DNA from: an uncultured Chloroflexia bacterium
Lineage (GTDB): Bacteria > Chloroflexota > Limnocylindria > Limnocylindrales > CSP1-4
Direction of reading: 5' to 3'
DNA: 64,000 nucleotides
Assembly: GCA_963833225.1 (NCBI GenBank)
Contig: CAWHXD010000008.1
Span: 256,001 to 320,000 of the forward strand
This document shows, piece by piece, positions 18,640-28,454 of the stretch (position 1 is the stretch's first letter; every line of letters starts with the position of its first letter). The notes beneath the pieces were generated by a model, which had not been told where the DNA came from, ran no database searches, and worked only from the letters and a program-made list of their open reading frames with translations. Position numbers and translations under genes: made by a program.

Positions 18640-20513
18640 GCGGTGCCTCCGGAGACGGGCACGGCTTCTCCGGGCCCGACGGGGATGCCGGTCCTGCCGG
18701 CGGCTCGCTCCAGGACGTCCCTGGCCCGCGGGTGGGAGCCGCTGGCGGCCACGTCACGGACCTCGAGCTGGAGCGTCTCGAGACCGCCGAAGACCCGGCT
18801 GACGAGGCGGGCGACGACGTCGACCCGGTCCCCCTCGGCCAGCTGCACGGCCAGGTCGGCCCGGCCGAAGGCGATGCCGTCAAGGACGTCCCGCTCCCGG
18901 CGCAGGACGAGCTGGGTGTGGCCGCCGTTCGCGGCCCGGACCCGCTGCACCGTGAGCCCAAGGACCGCGACCAGCGGCTCGGGATTGCCGGGGCCGCATG
19001 GCGCCAGGCGAGCGAGGTCCCGATACAGCGCGTAGTCCACGTACTCGGCCGGCAGTGCCAGGTCCACGGCCAGCGGCGTCCGGGGGTCGGGTGGACCTGC
19101 CGCGGCCGCCAGGGCGAGGAACCGCTCCGAGAACGCCTCCCAGCGGTCCGCCGGCAGCTCGAAACCCGCCGCAGCCGCGTGGCCGCCGAAGCGCACGAAG
19201 AGGTCGCCGCACGCGGCCAGCATCTCCGCGAGATCCAGCCGTCCATCGCTGCGGCAGGACGCGCGGATGACATCGCCGACCACGGTCCCGATCACGGCCG
19301 GCCGGCCGGCCTCGTCGGCCAGGCGGCCGGCGACGAGGCCGATGATCCCGATCGGCCACGGGCCGTACGCAACGATCGCCGGGGACGATCCATCGCCGGC
19401 GACGATCACCGGTCCGACGTCCGGCCGCGGCCCGGGGAGCAGCGGCTCCTGGCCGGGAACGGCACCCGGGTCCGGCAGGCCGACGGCGGCCCGGGCCTCG
19501 GCGATCGCCGCCCGCATCAGGTCCTTGCGGTTCGAGTTGGCGGCCTCCAGCGTGGCCGCAAGCCCGGCGGCCTCTGCCGGCGTCTCGGCGAGCAGCAGGC
19601 GTGCGGCGTCGAGGGCCTCCCCCACCCGCCCGGCGGCATTGAGCCGCGGCGCCAGGACGAACCCCACCGTCTCGAGGTCAACCGTCGCGGGTGCCACGCG
19701 GGCCCGCTCCAGCAGCGCGGCGATCCCGGGCCGTGGCGTGGTGCGCATCCGCTCGAGGCCGAGCCTGGCGATCGCGCGGTTCTCCCCCAGGATGGGCACC
19801 ACGTCCGACACGGTGCCGATGGTGGCGAGCTCCGCGAGGTCCAGCGCATCCGCCTCCGACCCCGCCAGCTCCCCGAGCAGCAGCCGCGCGACCGTGAAGG
19901 CGACCCCGGAGCCAGACAGCCGCGGATCCGGGTAGGTCGAGTCCGCCCGGTGGGGATTGACGATCGCCACGGCCGCGGGGAGCACGGGCGGCAGGTGGTG
20001 ATGGTCGGTCACGATGACGTCGATCCCGCGCGACCCGGCCGCGGCGATCTCGGTCACGCTCGTGGATCCCGTGTCCACCGTGACGATGAGCGCGAGTCCG
20101 AGACGTTCAGCCGTCTCCACCGCCGCCATCGACAGCCCGTGGCCCTCCTCCAGCCGGGACGGGACGTACGGGTGCGCCTCGAGACCCAGCCGCCGGAGCA
20201 CGATGACCAGCTGGGCGAGACCGGTGAGGCCATCGGCGTCAAAGTCGCCGAAGACCATGACCCGCTCGGCCCGCTCGCGCGCCCGGCGGATGCGCTCCAC
20301 GACCAGCGCCGAGTCGGGCAGGAGCCGCGGATCGTTGAGGCCGGCGATCGCCGGTCCCAGGAAGGCCGCCAGGGCCGTCTCGTCCGCGATGCCGCGGCGG
20401 GCCATCACCGTGGCGGCAACGGTGCCGACGCCCAGGGCCCGCGCGGCCGCGCGCAGACCCGGATCGAGCCGGAGCGGTTCAGCGAAGATCCAGCGGTGAC
20501 GGGCGTCGATCAT
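18636..20513 (-). CDS. recJ: ssDNA exonuclease RecJ
   Basis: FGDFDADGLT, TVDTG, TDHH, GTVSDVVP, APRLNAAGR, FGGHAAAAG. Confidence 0.94.
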   Translation of the reverse strand: MIDARHRWIFAEPLRLDPGLRAAARALGVGTVAATVMARRGIADETALAAFLGPAIAGLNDPRLLPDSALVVERIRRARERAERVMVFGDFDADGLTGLAQLVIVLRRLGLEAHPYVPSRLEEGHGLSMAAVETAERLGLALIVTVDTGSTSVTEIAAAGSRGIDVIVTDHHHLPPVLPAAVAIVNPHRADSTYPDPRLSGSGVAFTVARLLLGELAGSEADALDLAELATIGTVSDVVPILGENRAIARLGLERMRTTPRPGIAALLERARVAPATVDLETVGFVLAPRLNAAGRVGEALDAARLLLAETPAEAAGLAATLEAANSNRKDLMRAAIAEARAAVGLPDPGAVPGQEPLLPGPRPDVGPVIVAGDGSSPAIVAYGPWPIGIIGLVAGRLADEAGRPAVIGTVVGDVIRASCRSDGRLDLAEMLAACGDLFVRFGGHAAAAGFELPADRWEAFSERFLALAAAAGPPDPRTPLAVDLALPAEYVDYALYRDLARLAPCGPGNPEPLVAVLGLTVQRVRAANGGHTQLVLRRERDVLDGIAFGRADLAVQLAEGDRVDVVARLVSRVFGGLETLQLEVRDVAASGSHPRARDVLERAAGRTGIPVGPGEAVPVSGGTA

Positions 20514-20601
20514 CGCACGCAGAATGCCACGGCGGACGTATCTGCCACTTGACGGTGGCGCGGAGCGGATGACGGGCGCCGGCGACAACCGGGCCCCGTG
20601 A

Positions 20602-21867
20602 TCACGTGGCCGCGCGGCGGCTTGGGCGAGCCGCGAGCTCGCGGCCCTTCCTGCGGTCTTCCCAGAGATGCCAGACCACGAGGAGCGGGCTCGCGTTGAA
20701 GATCGATGAGTAGGTCCCGGACACGATGCCCAGGAGCAGCGCGAGGACGAAGGTGCCGATCGCCTCGCCGGCGAACAGGAGCAGCGCGAGGAGAGTGATG
20801 ACGACGGTGAGGCTTGTCGTGATCGAGCGGCCGAACGTCTGCAGGATCGAGTGGTTGACGATCTGGTCGAACGGCTCGCCCACGTGGCGGGCTCGGTTCT
20901 CGCGGACCCGGTCGAACACCACGATCGTGTCGTGGACCGAGAAGCCGATGACGGTCAGCATCGCCGTCACGAACAGGCTGTCGATCTGGAGGCCCACCAG
21001 CGTCCCCAGGATCGCGAACACGCCGACCACGACGAGCACGTCGTGGAGGAGCGCGATCAGGGCGCAGACGCCCATCTTGAAGTCGCGGAACCGGTACGTG
21101 ATCCACAGCAGGATCCCGATCGATCCGAAGAAGATCAGGGTCAGGGCCTGCAGGATGAGATCGCTCGAGACGACCGCGCCGACCGACGTCAGCGACTGCT
21201 GCTCGGCGATCGGGCCGAGCTTGGCCTCCAGGGCGAAGCGGACCTCGCCCAGCTTGCCGGTCGATGGCAGCGTCGCGCCGACACCCGCCGACGGCGATGC
21301 TGACGGGGAGGCCGAGGCGGCGGCGGAGGCCGACGGGGCGACGCTCGGGGAGGCCGACGGGGCGGCGGAGGGAGCGGTGCTCGCCGATGCCGAGGGCACG
21401 ACGCTCGCGGCGAGCGAGGGCACGACGCTCGCGGCGGCCGACGGAGCGGTCGAGATTGACGGCACGGCGGACGCGGAGGGCACGGCGGAGGGTGACACGG
21501 CCACGGACGCGGCCGGCGAGCTGGACGCGGCCACCGACGCCGACGGCGCAACCGACGGCAGCGGCGTCGCGACCGGCACCGGCGCCGCCAGGGCGGCCTC
21601 CTTGGTCCGGATCTCGATGAAGTCGCCCGTCTTGGTGGCGGAGGCGTCGTAGCCCTCCGCCTGGACGATGGCCCTGACCTCCTCGGGTGTGACCGCGGGG
21701 TTCTCGAACCGGATCGACCAGACGGTGCCACCCGTGAAGTCGATCGCGTACTGCAGGCCGACCGCGCCGCCGGTGATGGGCCCGAGGAGAATGAAGATGA
21801 GGCCGGGGATGGTGACGAGCAGGGAGAAGGCGAAGAACCACTTCCGCTTGCCGATGACGTCAAACAC
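20602..21867 (-). CDS. secF: Protein translocase subunit SecF with Ala/Ser/Pro-rich insertion
   Basis: IDFTGGT, HDVLVV, GFSVHDTIVVFDRVREN, GTYSSIF. GTG start. Confidence 0.94.
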   Translation of the reverse strand: MFDVIGKRKWFFAFSLLVTIPGLIFILLGPITGGAVGLQYAIDFTGGTVWSIRFENPAVTPEEVRAIVQAEGYDASATKTGDFIEIRTKEAALAAPVPVATPLPSVAPSASVAASSSPAASVAVSPSAVPSASAVPSISTAPSAAASVVPSLAASVVPSASASTAPSAAPSASPSVAPSASAAASASPSASPSAGVGATLPSTGKLGEVRFALEAKLGPIAEQQSLTSVGAVVSSDLILQALTLIFFGSIGILLWITYRFRDFKMGVCALIALLHDVLVVVGVFAILGTLVGLQIDSLFVTAMLTVIGFSVHDTIVVFDRVRENRARHVGEPFDQIVNHSILQTFGRSITTSLTVVITLLALLLFAGEAIGTFVLALLLGIVSGTYSSIFNASPLLVVWHLWEDRRKGRELAARPSRRAAT

Positions 21868-23266
21868 GCCCGCGCGCCTCTCGCCGAAGGGCGCCGCGGC
21901 CGGACGTCGGCCGGGCCAGGAACTCTTCCTCCGTGACCCCGTAGAGACTCGCCTTGCGAGCCCACGGCTGCGCAACGACGATCCGCATGACCGTCCGGGT
22001 CACGGTGACCGCGGTGAACATCGAGACCAGCACGCCGATGATCAGCACGAGACCGAACCCGCGGATGGTCGATGAGCCGAACAGGAACAGGATCGTGGCC
22101 GTGATCAGGCTGGACACGTTCGAGTCGAGGATCGAGTTCCAGGCCCGGTTGAACCCGGCCTCGATGGCCGCCGGCAGGCTCTTGCCCACGCGCATCTCTT
22201 CCTTGGTCCGCTCGAAGATCAGGATGTTGGCGTCGACCGCCATGCCCACCGAGAGCACGAAGCCCGCGATGCCGGCCAGGGTGAGGGTCACCGGGATGAT
22301 CCGGAACAGGGCGAGGACCACCAGCGCGTAGTAGACGAGCGCTCCGCTGGCCACGAGGCCCGGGAGCCGGTAGTGCACGACCATGAACACCAGGACCATC
22401 AGGACGGCGATCGCACCCGCCAGCAGGCTCTGGCGCAGGAACGCGTCGCCCAGGGTCGGGCTGACCTGCGCCCGGGACAGGGGCTCGATCGGGAATGGCA
22501 GCTGGCCGAACTGGAGGATCGTGACCAGGTTCTGGGCCTCAGCCAGCGGGTAGCCGCCGATGCCACCCTGGCTGATCTGGACCTGGCCATTGGGAATGGA
22601 CGACTGGATGACCGGGGCGCTGATGACCTCGCCGTCGAGGACGATCGCGAAGAAGTCCTGGATATGACCCGTCGTGTACTTGGCAAACAGGTCCTTGCCC
22701 TCGGCGTTGAGGGTGAAGTCGACCGTGCGCTGGCCGTTCTGGTCGGCACCGATCGACGCGGCGGCGACCTGGTTGCCGGAGAACAGCACGCAGTTGATCT
22801 GCTCGACATCCGCGCACTTCGTGTTGATCCAGGTTGGGTCGAGCTGCTGGCCCTGTGAGGCCGGCGCTGCGCCGCCCACGGCCGGCCCGAGGGGCATGAA
22901 GTCCAGCCGACCCGTGGTGCCGATCAGCGATTCGATCTGCTCGAAGTTCTTCACGCCCGGCATCTCGACCACGACGCGGTCCGAGCCCTGGACCACGACG
23001 GTCGGTTCCGACACGCCGGACTTGTCGACCCGGTTGAGGATGATCTGGCGCATGATGTTGAGGTCGCTGGGGGCAGGAACCTTGCCCTCGGCGGGGAGCA
23101 CCCGGTACTCGATCCGCAGGCCGCCGGTGAGGTCGAGGCCCAGCTTGGTCTCGAGGTTCCGCGCCTGCCCGGACGAGCTCAGGGCGGGGATGGGAAGCGG
23201 AAACACGCTCGCCAGAAAGGCGAGCAGACCCACGACGACAATCAGGATCGGACCGGCGCGACGCAT
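21860..23266 (-). CDS. secD: Protein translocase subunit SecD
   Basis: LGLDLTGG, GVSEP, VGMAVDANILIFER, ILDSNV. Confidence 0.95.
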   Translation of the reverse strand: MRRAGPILIVVVGLLAFLASVFPLPIPALSSSGQARNLETKLGLDLTGGLRIEYRVLPAEGKVPAPSDLNIMRQIILNRVDKSGVSEPTVVVQGSDRVVVEMPGVKNFEQIESLIGTTGRLDFMPLGPAVGGAAPASQGQQLDPTWINTKCADVEQINCVLFSGNQVAAASIGADQNGQRTVDFTLNAEGKDLFAKYTTGHIQDFFAIVLDGEVISAPVIQSSIPNGQVQISQGGIGGYPLAEAQNLVTILQFGQLPFPIEPLSRAQVSPTLGDAFLRQSLLAGAIAVLMVLVFMVVHYRLPGLVASGALVYYALVVLALFRIIPVTLTLAGIAGFVLSVGMAVDANILIFERTKEEMRVGKSLPAAIEAGFNRAWNSILDSNVSSLITATILFLFGSSTIRGFGLVLIIGVLVSMFTAVTVTRTVMRIVVAQPWARKASLYGVTEEEFLARPTSGRGALRREARGRV

Positions 23267-23387
23267 CGGGGCGGGATGATACAGGGAGCGGCCGGGTCGT
23301 GCGGCGCCGCCCAGCGGTCCCCCGGGGTCGTCGCGCCGGCCGCAGCGGACGGCACATTGGCCCAGAACGCCGCCGGCCCTGGATCGA

Positions 23388-25244
23388 TCAGGACTCGAGG
23401 TGGGCCTTGATCCGCTCCGCCAGCGCCCGCCCGATGCCGGGCACCGCGGCCACCTGCTCAACCGGCGCCTCCCGGACCCGCTTTGCCGAGCCGAACACCT
23501 TGAGCAGCTCACGCTTGCGCTTGGGACCCACGCCGGGCAGGTCGTCGAACGCCGACTTGACCGCGCGCTTGTTGCGCAGGTTGCGGTGGTACGTGATGGC
23601 GAACCGGTGCGCCTCGTCGCGCAGCCGCTGGACCAGGTACAGGGCCTGGGAGGTGGTCGGCAGCATCACCGGGTCATCGCGATCCGGGAGGACCAGCTCC
23701 TCGCGCTCCTTGGCCAGGCCGACCATCGGCAGGTCGTGCAGCCCCAGCTCGTCGAGGACCTCCTTCGCGGCGCTCACCTGGCCCCGGCCGCCATCGATGA
23801 TCACCAGGTCCGGCATCGCCCAGCGGCGCTCTTCCTCGGTCCCCTCCTCGCCCGCCCGCGTGTTGCGGAACCGGCGGCGCAGCACCTCCTGGTGGCTGGC
23901 GAAGTCATTGGGCCCCTGGACGCCGCGGACCTGGAACCGGCGGTACTCCCCGGTCCGAGGGCGGCCCTCCTCGAACACCACCATGCTGCCCACCGTCTGG
24001 GCGCCGCCGAGGTTGCTGATGTCGTAGCACTCGATCCGCATCGGCGGCCCGGGCAGGCCGAGCGCCGACGCCAGCTCCTCGAGCGCGCCGAGCGTGCGGC
24101 CCTCGTCGGCGAGCCAGCGGGCGGCCTCCCGGGCGAGCGACTCCTGGGCGTTCCGGGTCGCCAGGTCCATCAGCTGGCGCTTCTCGCCGCGCAGGGGGGT
24201 GCGCAGGTGGACGCCGCTGCCGCGACGCAGCGCGAGGAACGCCTCGAGGTCGGCCTTCTCGGTCACGGACCGCGGGACCAGCACCTCGCGCGGGACGCTG
24301 GTCGCCCGGGCGTAGTACTGGAGCAGGAACTGGCCAAGCACCTCGTCATCGGCGACATCGTGGTGGGCATCGAGGAAGAACACGTCCCGGCCCAGCATCT
24401 TGCCGTTGCGGACCACGAACAGCTGGACGGCAGCCTGGTCATCCTTGCGGGCCAGCGCCACAAGGTCGAGCTCCGTGCGGGCGAAGGCGGCCATCTTCTG
24501 GCTCTCCATCGTCCGCTCGATGGCGCGGATCTTGTCGCGGACCACCGCCGCCTTCTCGTACTGCTCGGCCTCGGAGGCGACGTGCATCTCGTGGCCGAGG
24601 CCGTCCAGCAGGACCTCGGCGTTGCCCTCGAGGAACAGCTCGACCTGGGCGATGTCGCGCCGGTAGGCAGCCCTGGAGATCGCCTCGATGCACGGGCCCT
24701 GGCAGCGCTTGATGTGGTACAGGAGGCATGGACGGGCGAGCGCCCGGACGCCCTCCTTGATCTCGATGGTGCAGGTCCGGAACGGGAACAGGCGCCGGAC
24801 GAGGTTCATCGCCTCGTCCACGGACGACGCCGACGCGTACGGCCCGAAGTAGCGCGACCCGTCATTGGGCAGCTTGCGCGTGCGTTCGACGCGCGGGAAG
24901 TCGTCAGCCAGCGTGACCTTGATGTACGGGTAGCTCTTGTCGTCCTTGAGCCTCACGTTGAACCGCGGCTTGAACCGCTTGATGAGGTTCGCCTCGAGCA
25001 GGAGGGCCTCGCTGACCGAGTCCACCTCCGTGACCTCGAGGTCGGTGACCCGCTCGATCGCCTGGCGGATCCGGTGCACCTCGCCCCGGCCGCCGGGTGC
25101 CTGCTTCTGCCAGTAGCTTCGGACGCGGCTGCGGAGGCTCTGGGCCTTGCCCACGTACAGGACCTCGCCGCGGGCGTCCTTCATCAGGTACACGCCCGGC
25201 CGGTCCGGGAGGGTCGCGAGGGTTGCCTTCAGCGCCGAGTTCAC
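23388..25244 (-). CDS. uvrC: Excinuclease ABC subunit C
   Basis: LPDRPGVY, YVGKA, DDKSYPY, IECYDIS, DGGRGQ, RDEAHRFA, HhH. Confidence 0.96.
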   Translation of the reverse strand: MNSALKATLATLPDRPGVYLMKDARGEVLYVGKAQSLRSRVRSYWQKQAPGGRGEVHRIRQAIERVTDLEVTEVDSVSEALLLEANLIKRFKPRFNVRLKDDKSYPYIKVTLADDFPRVERTRKLPNDGSRYFGPYASASSVDEAMNLVRRLFPFRTCTIEIKEGVRALARPCLLYHIKRCQGPCIEAISRAAYRRDIAQVELFLEGNAEVLLDGLGHEMHVASEAEQYEKAAVVRDKIRAIERTMESQKMAAFARTELDLVALARKDDQAAVQLFVVRNGKMLGRDVFFLDAHHDVADDEVLGQFLLQYYARATSVPREVLVPRSVTEKADLEAFLALRRGSGVHLRTPLRGEKRQLMDLATRNAQESLAREAARWLADEGRTLGALEELASALGLPGPPMRIECYDISNLGGAQTVGSMVVFEEGRPRTGEYRRFQVRGVQGPNDFASHQEVLRRRFRNTRAGEEGTEEERRWAMPDLVIIDGGRGQVSAAKEVLDELGLHDLPMVGLAKEREELVLPDRDDPVMLPTTSQALYLVQRLRDEAHRFAITYHRNLRNKRAVKSAFDDLPGVGPKRKRELLKVFGSAKRVREAPVEQVAAVPGIGRALAERIKAHLES

Positions 25245-25275
25245 GTGGCCGATTATCGACCCGGCGCCGCGCTGG

Positions 25276-25320
25276 GGCGCGGAACCGCTATGGTGCGGCG
25301 CGGAACCGCTATGGTGCGGC
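25276..25320. repeat. 21-bp tandem duplication in the uvrC / helicase divergent promoter region
   Basis: GGCGCGGAACCGCTATGGTGC x2. Confidence 0.85.
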
Positions 25321-25384
25321 CTGGCAACTGGTGCCCGATGGCACCGGCAAGCCGGCGATAAGCGGCGTGGCGCACGATCCGGGG

Positions 25385-27067
25385 ATGGCAATGCCTCCCC
25401 ATCCCTCGGTGGTCGAACGACTCGCGCGCCTGGCAGCCGATCAGCGCGCCGCGGCGACCTCGCCGCCGGGTCCCGTGCTGTGCGTCGCACCTGCGGGGAG
25501 CGGCAAGACCACGACGCTGGTCGCGCGCGTCGCCTGGCTGGTGGACGGCGGCGCCGACCCGGCGACCGTGTGCATCGTCGCGTTCAACAAGCGTGCCGCC
25601 GAGGAGCTCACCGACCGGGTCGACGCCGCGCTGGCCGTGCTCGGGATCGCCGCGGGTTCCGTGCGGGTGCGGACGTTCCACGCCCTGGGCCGCGAGATCC
25701 TGGGCGATGCGGGCATCCCGGTGGAGCCGCTCGCCGACCGGGACCAGGTCCTGCGGGAGCTGTTCCCGGGGATCACGGCAGGCGATCGCGGCCGGCTGGA
25801 CCTGGCGTTCTCGCGCCTCAAGCTGGACCTGCGGGTGACCGCCGCCGACGTCGCCGCCGACCCGGCGCCCGGCCCCGTGGCGCGGGCGTTCGTCGCGTAC
25901 GAGGAGGCCGTGCGCGCCACCGGCGGCGTCGACTTCGATGACCTGCTCGTGCGGGCGCTGGCCGAGCTCCGTGCCGACGAGTCGCTGCTTGCCCGCTGGC
26001 GCGGACGGACCGCGAGGCTGCTCGTCGACGAGGCGCAGGATCTCGATCGAACCCAGCTCGAGCTCGCGCTCCTGCTGGCCGCGCCGGCGAACGACGTGTT
26101 CCTCGTGGGCGACGATGACCAGACGATCTACTCCTGGCGGCTCGCGGACGTGCGCCGCGTCCTGGGGCTGGCGGCCGCGCTGCCCGGCCTGCGCCGGGTG
26201 GACCTCGAGACCAACTACCGGTGTCCTCCCCCGGTCGTCGAGCGCGCCGTGCGACTGGTGGAGCACAACCGCGAGCGGTTCGCGAAGCGGATCCTTGCGG
26301 GCTCCCGGTCGGGCGGCGCGATCATCCTGGCCGGCGATGCCTCCGATGATCCGGTCCGGGTTCGGAGGGTCATGGCGGCGTGGCCCGGCGATGGCTCGTC
26401 CCGGGCAGTCCTCGCGAGAACGAACCGGGAGCTGCTCGCCGCCATCGTCGCCGCCCTGGATCTCGGGGTCCCGTTCCGGGCGCCGTCCCTCGTCCTGCCG
26501 ATCGAGGATCCCCGGCTCGATGGGCTGATGGACCGCGCGGCCGGGCTCGAGGCAGGGGGGACAGCCCTGCTGCTGGCCCTGGGGCAGCTGCGGGCTGAGC
26601 TTCGCGCCGAGGAGGCACGTGCCGTCACCGGCGCGGCCCCCGCCGCCGCGGTCGACCCAGGCGACGAGCCGGCCCTATCCGACCTCGTCACGGCCCTGCT
26701 CGGGTGGGCCGCCCCGGTGACGTCCATCGACGTGCTCCGGGCTGCTGTCGACGCGCGACGGGTCCGCCTGGCCGAGCTTCGGCGGGAGGACGCCGCCCTC
26801 TCGCTAGCCACGGCCCACGGCACCAAGGGACTCGAGTGGGACCACGTCCTCGTCCTCACCGACGGGTTCCCGGGCCGTCGCTCCGTCACCGATGCCACCG
26901 AGCCGGAGCGGGCGCTGGAGGAGGAGCGGCGGCTGGCGTACGTCGCCTGGACGCGCGCACGGCGCTCCCTGACCCTGCTCTACGACCCGGACAGCCCGTC
27001 CCCGTTCCTCGGCGAGGCATTCGAACCCTGGGAGCTGGCGGCTCCTCACCGGGCGCGTGCCGCCTAG
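25385..27067 (+). CDS. UvrD/Rep-family ATP-dependent helicase (compact)
   Basis: APAGSGKT, RTFHA, VDEAQD, VGDDDQTIY, LETNYR, TAHGTKGLEW, EEERRLAYVAWTRAR. Confidence 0.92.
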   Translation: MAMPPHPSVVERLARLAADQRAAATSPPGPVLCVAPAGSGKTTTLVARVAWLVDGGADPATVCIVAFNKRAAEELTDRVDAALAVLGIAAGSVRVRTFHALGREILGDAGIPVEPLADRDQVLRELFPGITAGDRGRLDLAFSRLKLDLRVTAADVAADPAPGPVARAFVAYEEAVRATGGVDFDDLLVRALAELRADESLLARWRGRTARLLVDEAQDLDRTQLELALLLAAPANDVFLVGDDDQTIYSWRLADVRRVLGLAAALPGLRRVDLETNYRCPPPVVERAVRLVEHNRERFAKRILAGSRSGGAIILAGDASDDPVRVRRVMAAWPGDGSSRAVLARTNRELLAAIVAALDLGVPFRAPSLVLPIEDPRLDGLMDRAAGLEAGGTALLLALGQLRAELRAEEARAVTGAAPAAAVDPGDEPALSDLVTALLGWAAPVTSIDVLRAAVDARRVRLAELRREDAALSLATAHGTKGLEWDHVLVLTDGFPGRRSVTDATEPERALEEERRLAYVAWTRARRSLTLLYDPDSPSPFLGEAFEPWELAAPHRARAA

Positions 27068-27132
27068 ACTGGCGCGGTGATCGCAACCCCGACGCTGGCC
27101 GTCCCCGTGCCCGTTCGTTGGCTTCGGTCGGC

Positions 27133-27717
27133 ATGAGCCGGTCTCCGGATCCGGGACATCCCCCCGAGCCGTGCTTACCCGCGGAGCCGAGCCTCCTCTC
27201 TGAGCCGGGCTTGCCCGCGGAGCCCAGCCTCCTCCATGAGCCGAGCCGGCTGCCGGATCTCGGTCCACGCGGCGAGGGCTGGGTGGCGATCCAGTTCGTC
27301 CTCTTCGCGCTCGTCTTCGTCGCCGGGTCGACCGGTCCCGCGACCAGCGGGACTGCGCGCATCGTTCTCGTCGTGGCGGGCATGGGCTTCGGTGCCGCCG
27401 GAGGGATGCTCGCCCTGCGCGGGCTGTACGACCTGCGCGCCGCGCTCACGGCACTCCCGCACCCGCGCGACGGAGCCGAGCTCGTCGGGACCGGGTCCTA
27501 CGGGCTCGTCCGCCATCCGATCTACGGCGGGATCGTGCTCGCCGCCACCGGCTGGGCCCTGTTCATGGCCGCCCCGGCGGCCCTCCTGGGGGCGGCCCTG
27601 TTGCTCGCCTTCTTCCGGCTCAAGTCGAGTCGTGAGGAGGCCTGGCTCCGGGAGCGGTATCCGGAATACGCCGCGTATGCGGCCCGCACGAGGCGGATGC
27701 TCCCCTACCTCTACTGA
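27133..27717 (+). CDS. Isoprenylcysteine carboxylmethyltransferase/PEMT-family membrane protein
   Basis: LVGTGSYGLVRHPIYGG and EEAWLRERYPEYAAY. Start codon uncertain. Confidence 0.85.
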   Translation: MSRSPDPGHPPEPCLPAEPSLLSEPGLPAEPSLLHEPSRLPDLGPRGEGWVAIQFVLFALVFVAGSTGPATSGTARIVLVVAGMGFGAAGGMLALRGLYDLRAALTALPHPRDGAELVGTGSYGLVRHPIYGGIVLAATGWALFMAAPAALLGAALLLAFFRLKSSREEAWLRERYPEYAAYAARTRRMLPYLY

Positions 27718-27937
27718 CCGTCGACCGGCGTCGCGCCCCGTGGTCCCTGTTCGGTCGCACTTGTTGAACGCTGGCCGTTCCTTGCAGCGGCTCCGGGCAT
27801 CGCCAGCCTCCACGTGGAACGCCTTGGGTTCGGATTCAGGGCTCCGAGCCATCGGTCGGCGCATCTCGAACGGCCCGCGTTCAGGGTGGCGGTTGAGGGG
27901 GCGCGTCCACGGTAGTCACCCGCGGTAGGGAACGCTC

Positions 27938-28073
27938 GGCGTTCAGCCCGGGCGAGAGCACCGGGTCGTCGGGGCGTTCAGCCCGGGCGAGAGCACCGGG
28001 TCGTCGGGGCGTTCAGCCCGGGCGAGGGCACCGGGTCGTCGGGGCGTTCAGCCCGGGCGAGGGCACCGGGTCG
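27938..28073. repeat. 35-bp palindromic tandem repeat x4 (REP/VNTR-like)
   Basis: Units at 27938, 27973, 28008 and 28043: GGCGTTCAGCCCGGGCGAG(A/G)GCACCGGGTCGTCGG. Confidence 0.92.
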
Positions 28074-28103
28074 GCGTGGCCCGGTCTCAGACCGCGGGGC
28101 CGA

Positions 28104-28454
28104 TCAGCCGTCCGCGCTCAGCTCGCGCTTCGCGAGCTCCTTGAGCAGCCGGTCGATGGCGACGAGGAATGGCTCGGTCACGTCGGCCGGCAGCGAATCG
28201 CGGATCGAATCCTTGGGGCCGAACGCCGCACGGGCTCGGAGCGCGGCGCGGCGGAGGTCAACGAGCTCGTCGTCGCGCAGTCGATCCGGGATGGCTTCCA
28301 TGTAGGCGACCCACCGCGCGTTCCCCGCTTCCCGTGCGGCCGCCACCAGACGGTCAGCGGTGCGCGCCGCCGCGAGCGCGACATCGTCGATGACCGGCCG
28401 CTCGTGGCGCGCTGGTCCGCGCCGAACCGCGCGTTCCCCGCGTCGAACCGTCAC
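28104..28454 (-). CDS. Hypothetical protein
   Basis: 116 aa helical ORF whose start overlaps the stop of the upstream gene. Confidence 0.65.
   Translation of the reverse strand: MTVRRGERAVRRGPARHERPVIDDVALAAARTADRLVAAAREAGNARWVAYMEAIPDRLRDDELVDLRRAALRARAAFGPKDSIRDSLPADVTEPFLVAIDRLLKELAKRELSADG

Noticed and set aside
27807-27820. parS-like sequence CCTCCACGTGGAAC
   Set aside because: Only 12/14 to GTTCCACGTGGAAC, the left arm is broken, it is a single copy, and there is no origin-region context.
27938-28073. 35-bp palindromic repeats as a CRISPR array
   Set aside because: The units are directly adjacent with no unique spacers, and there are no cas genes in the window.
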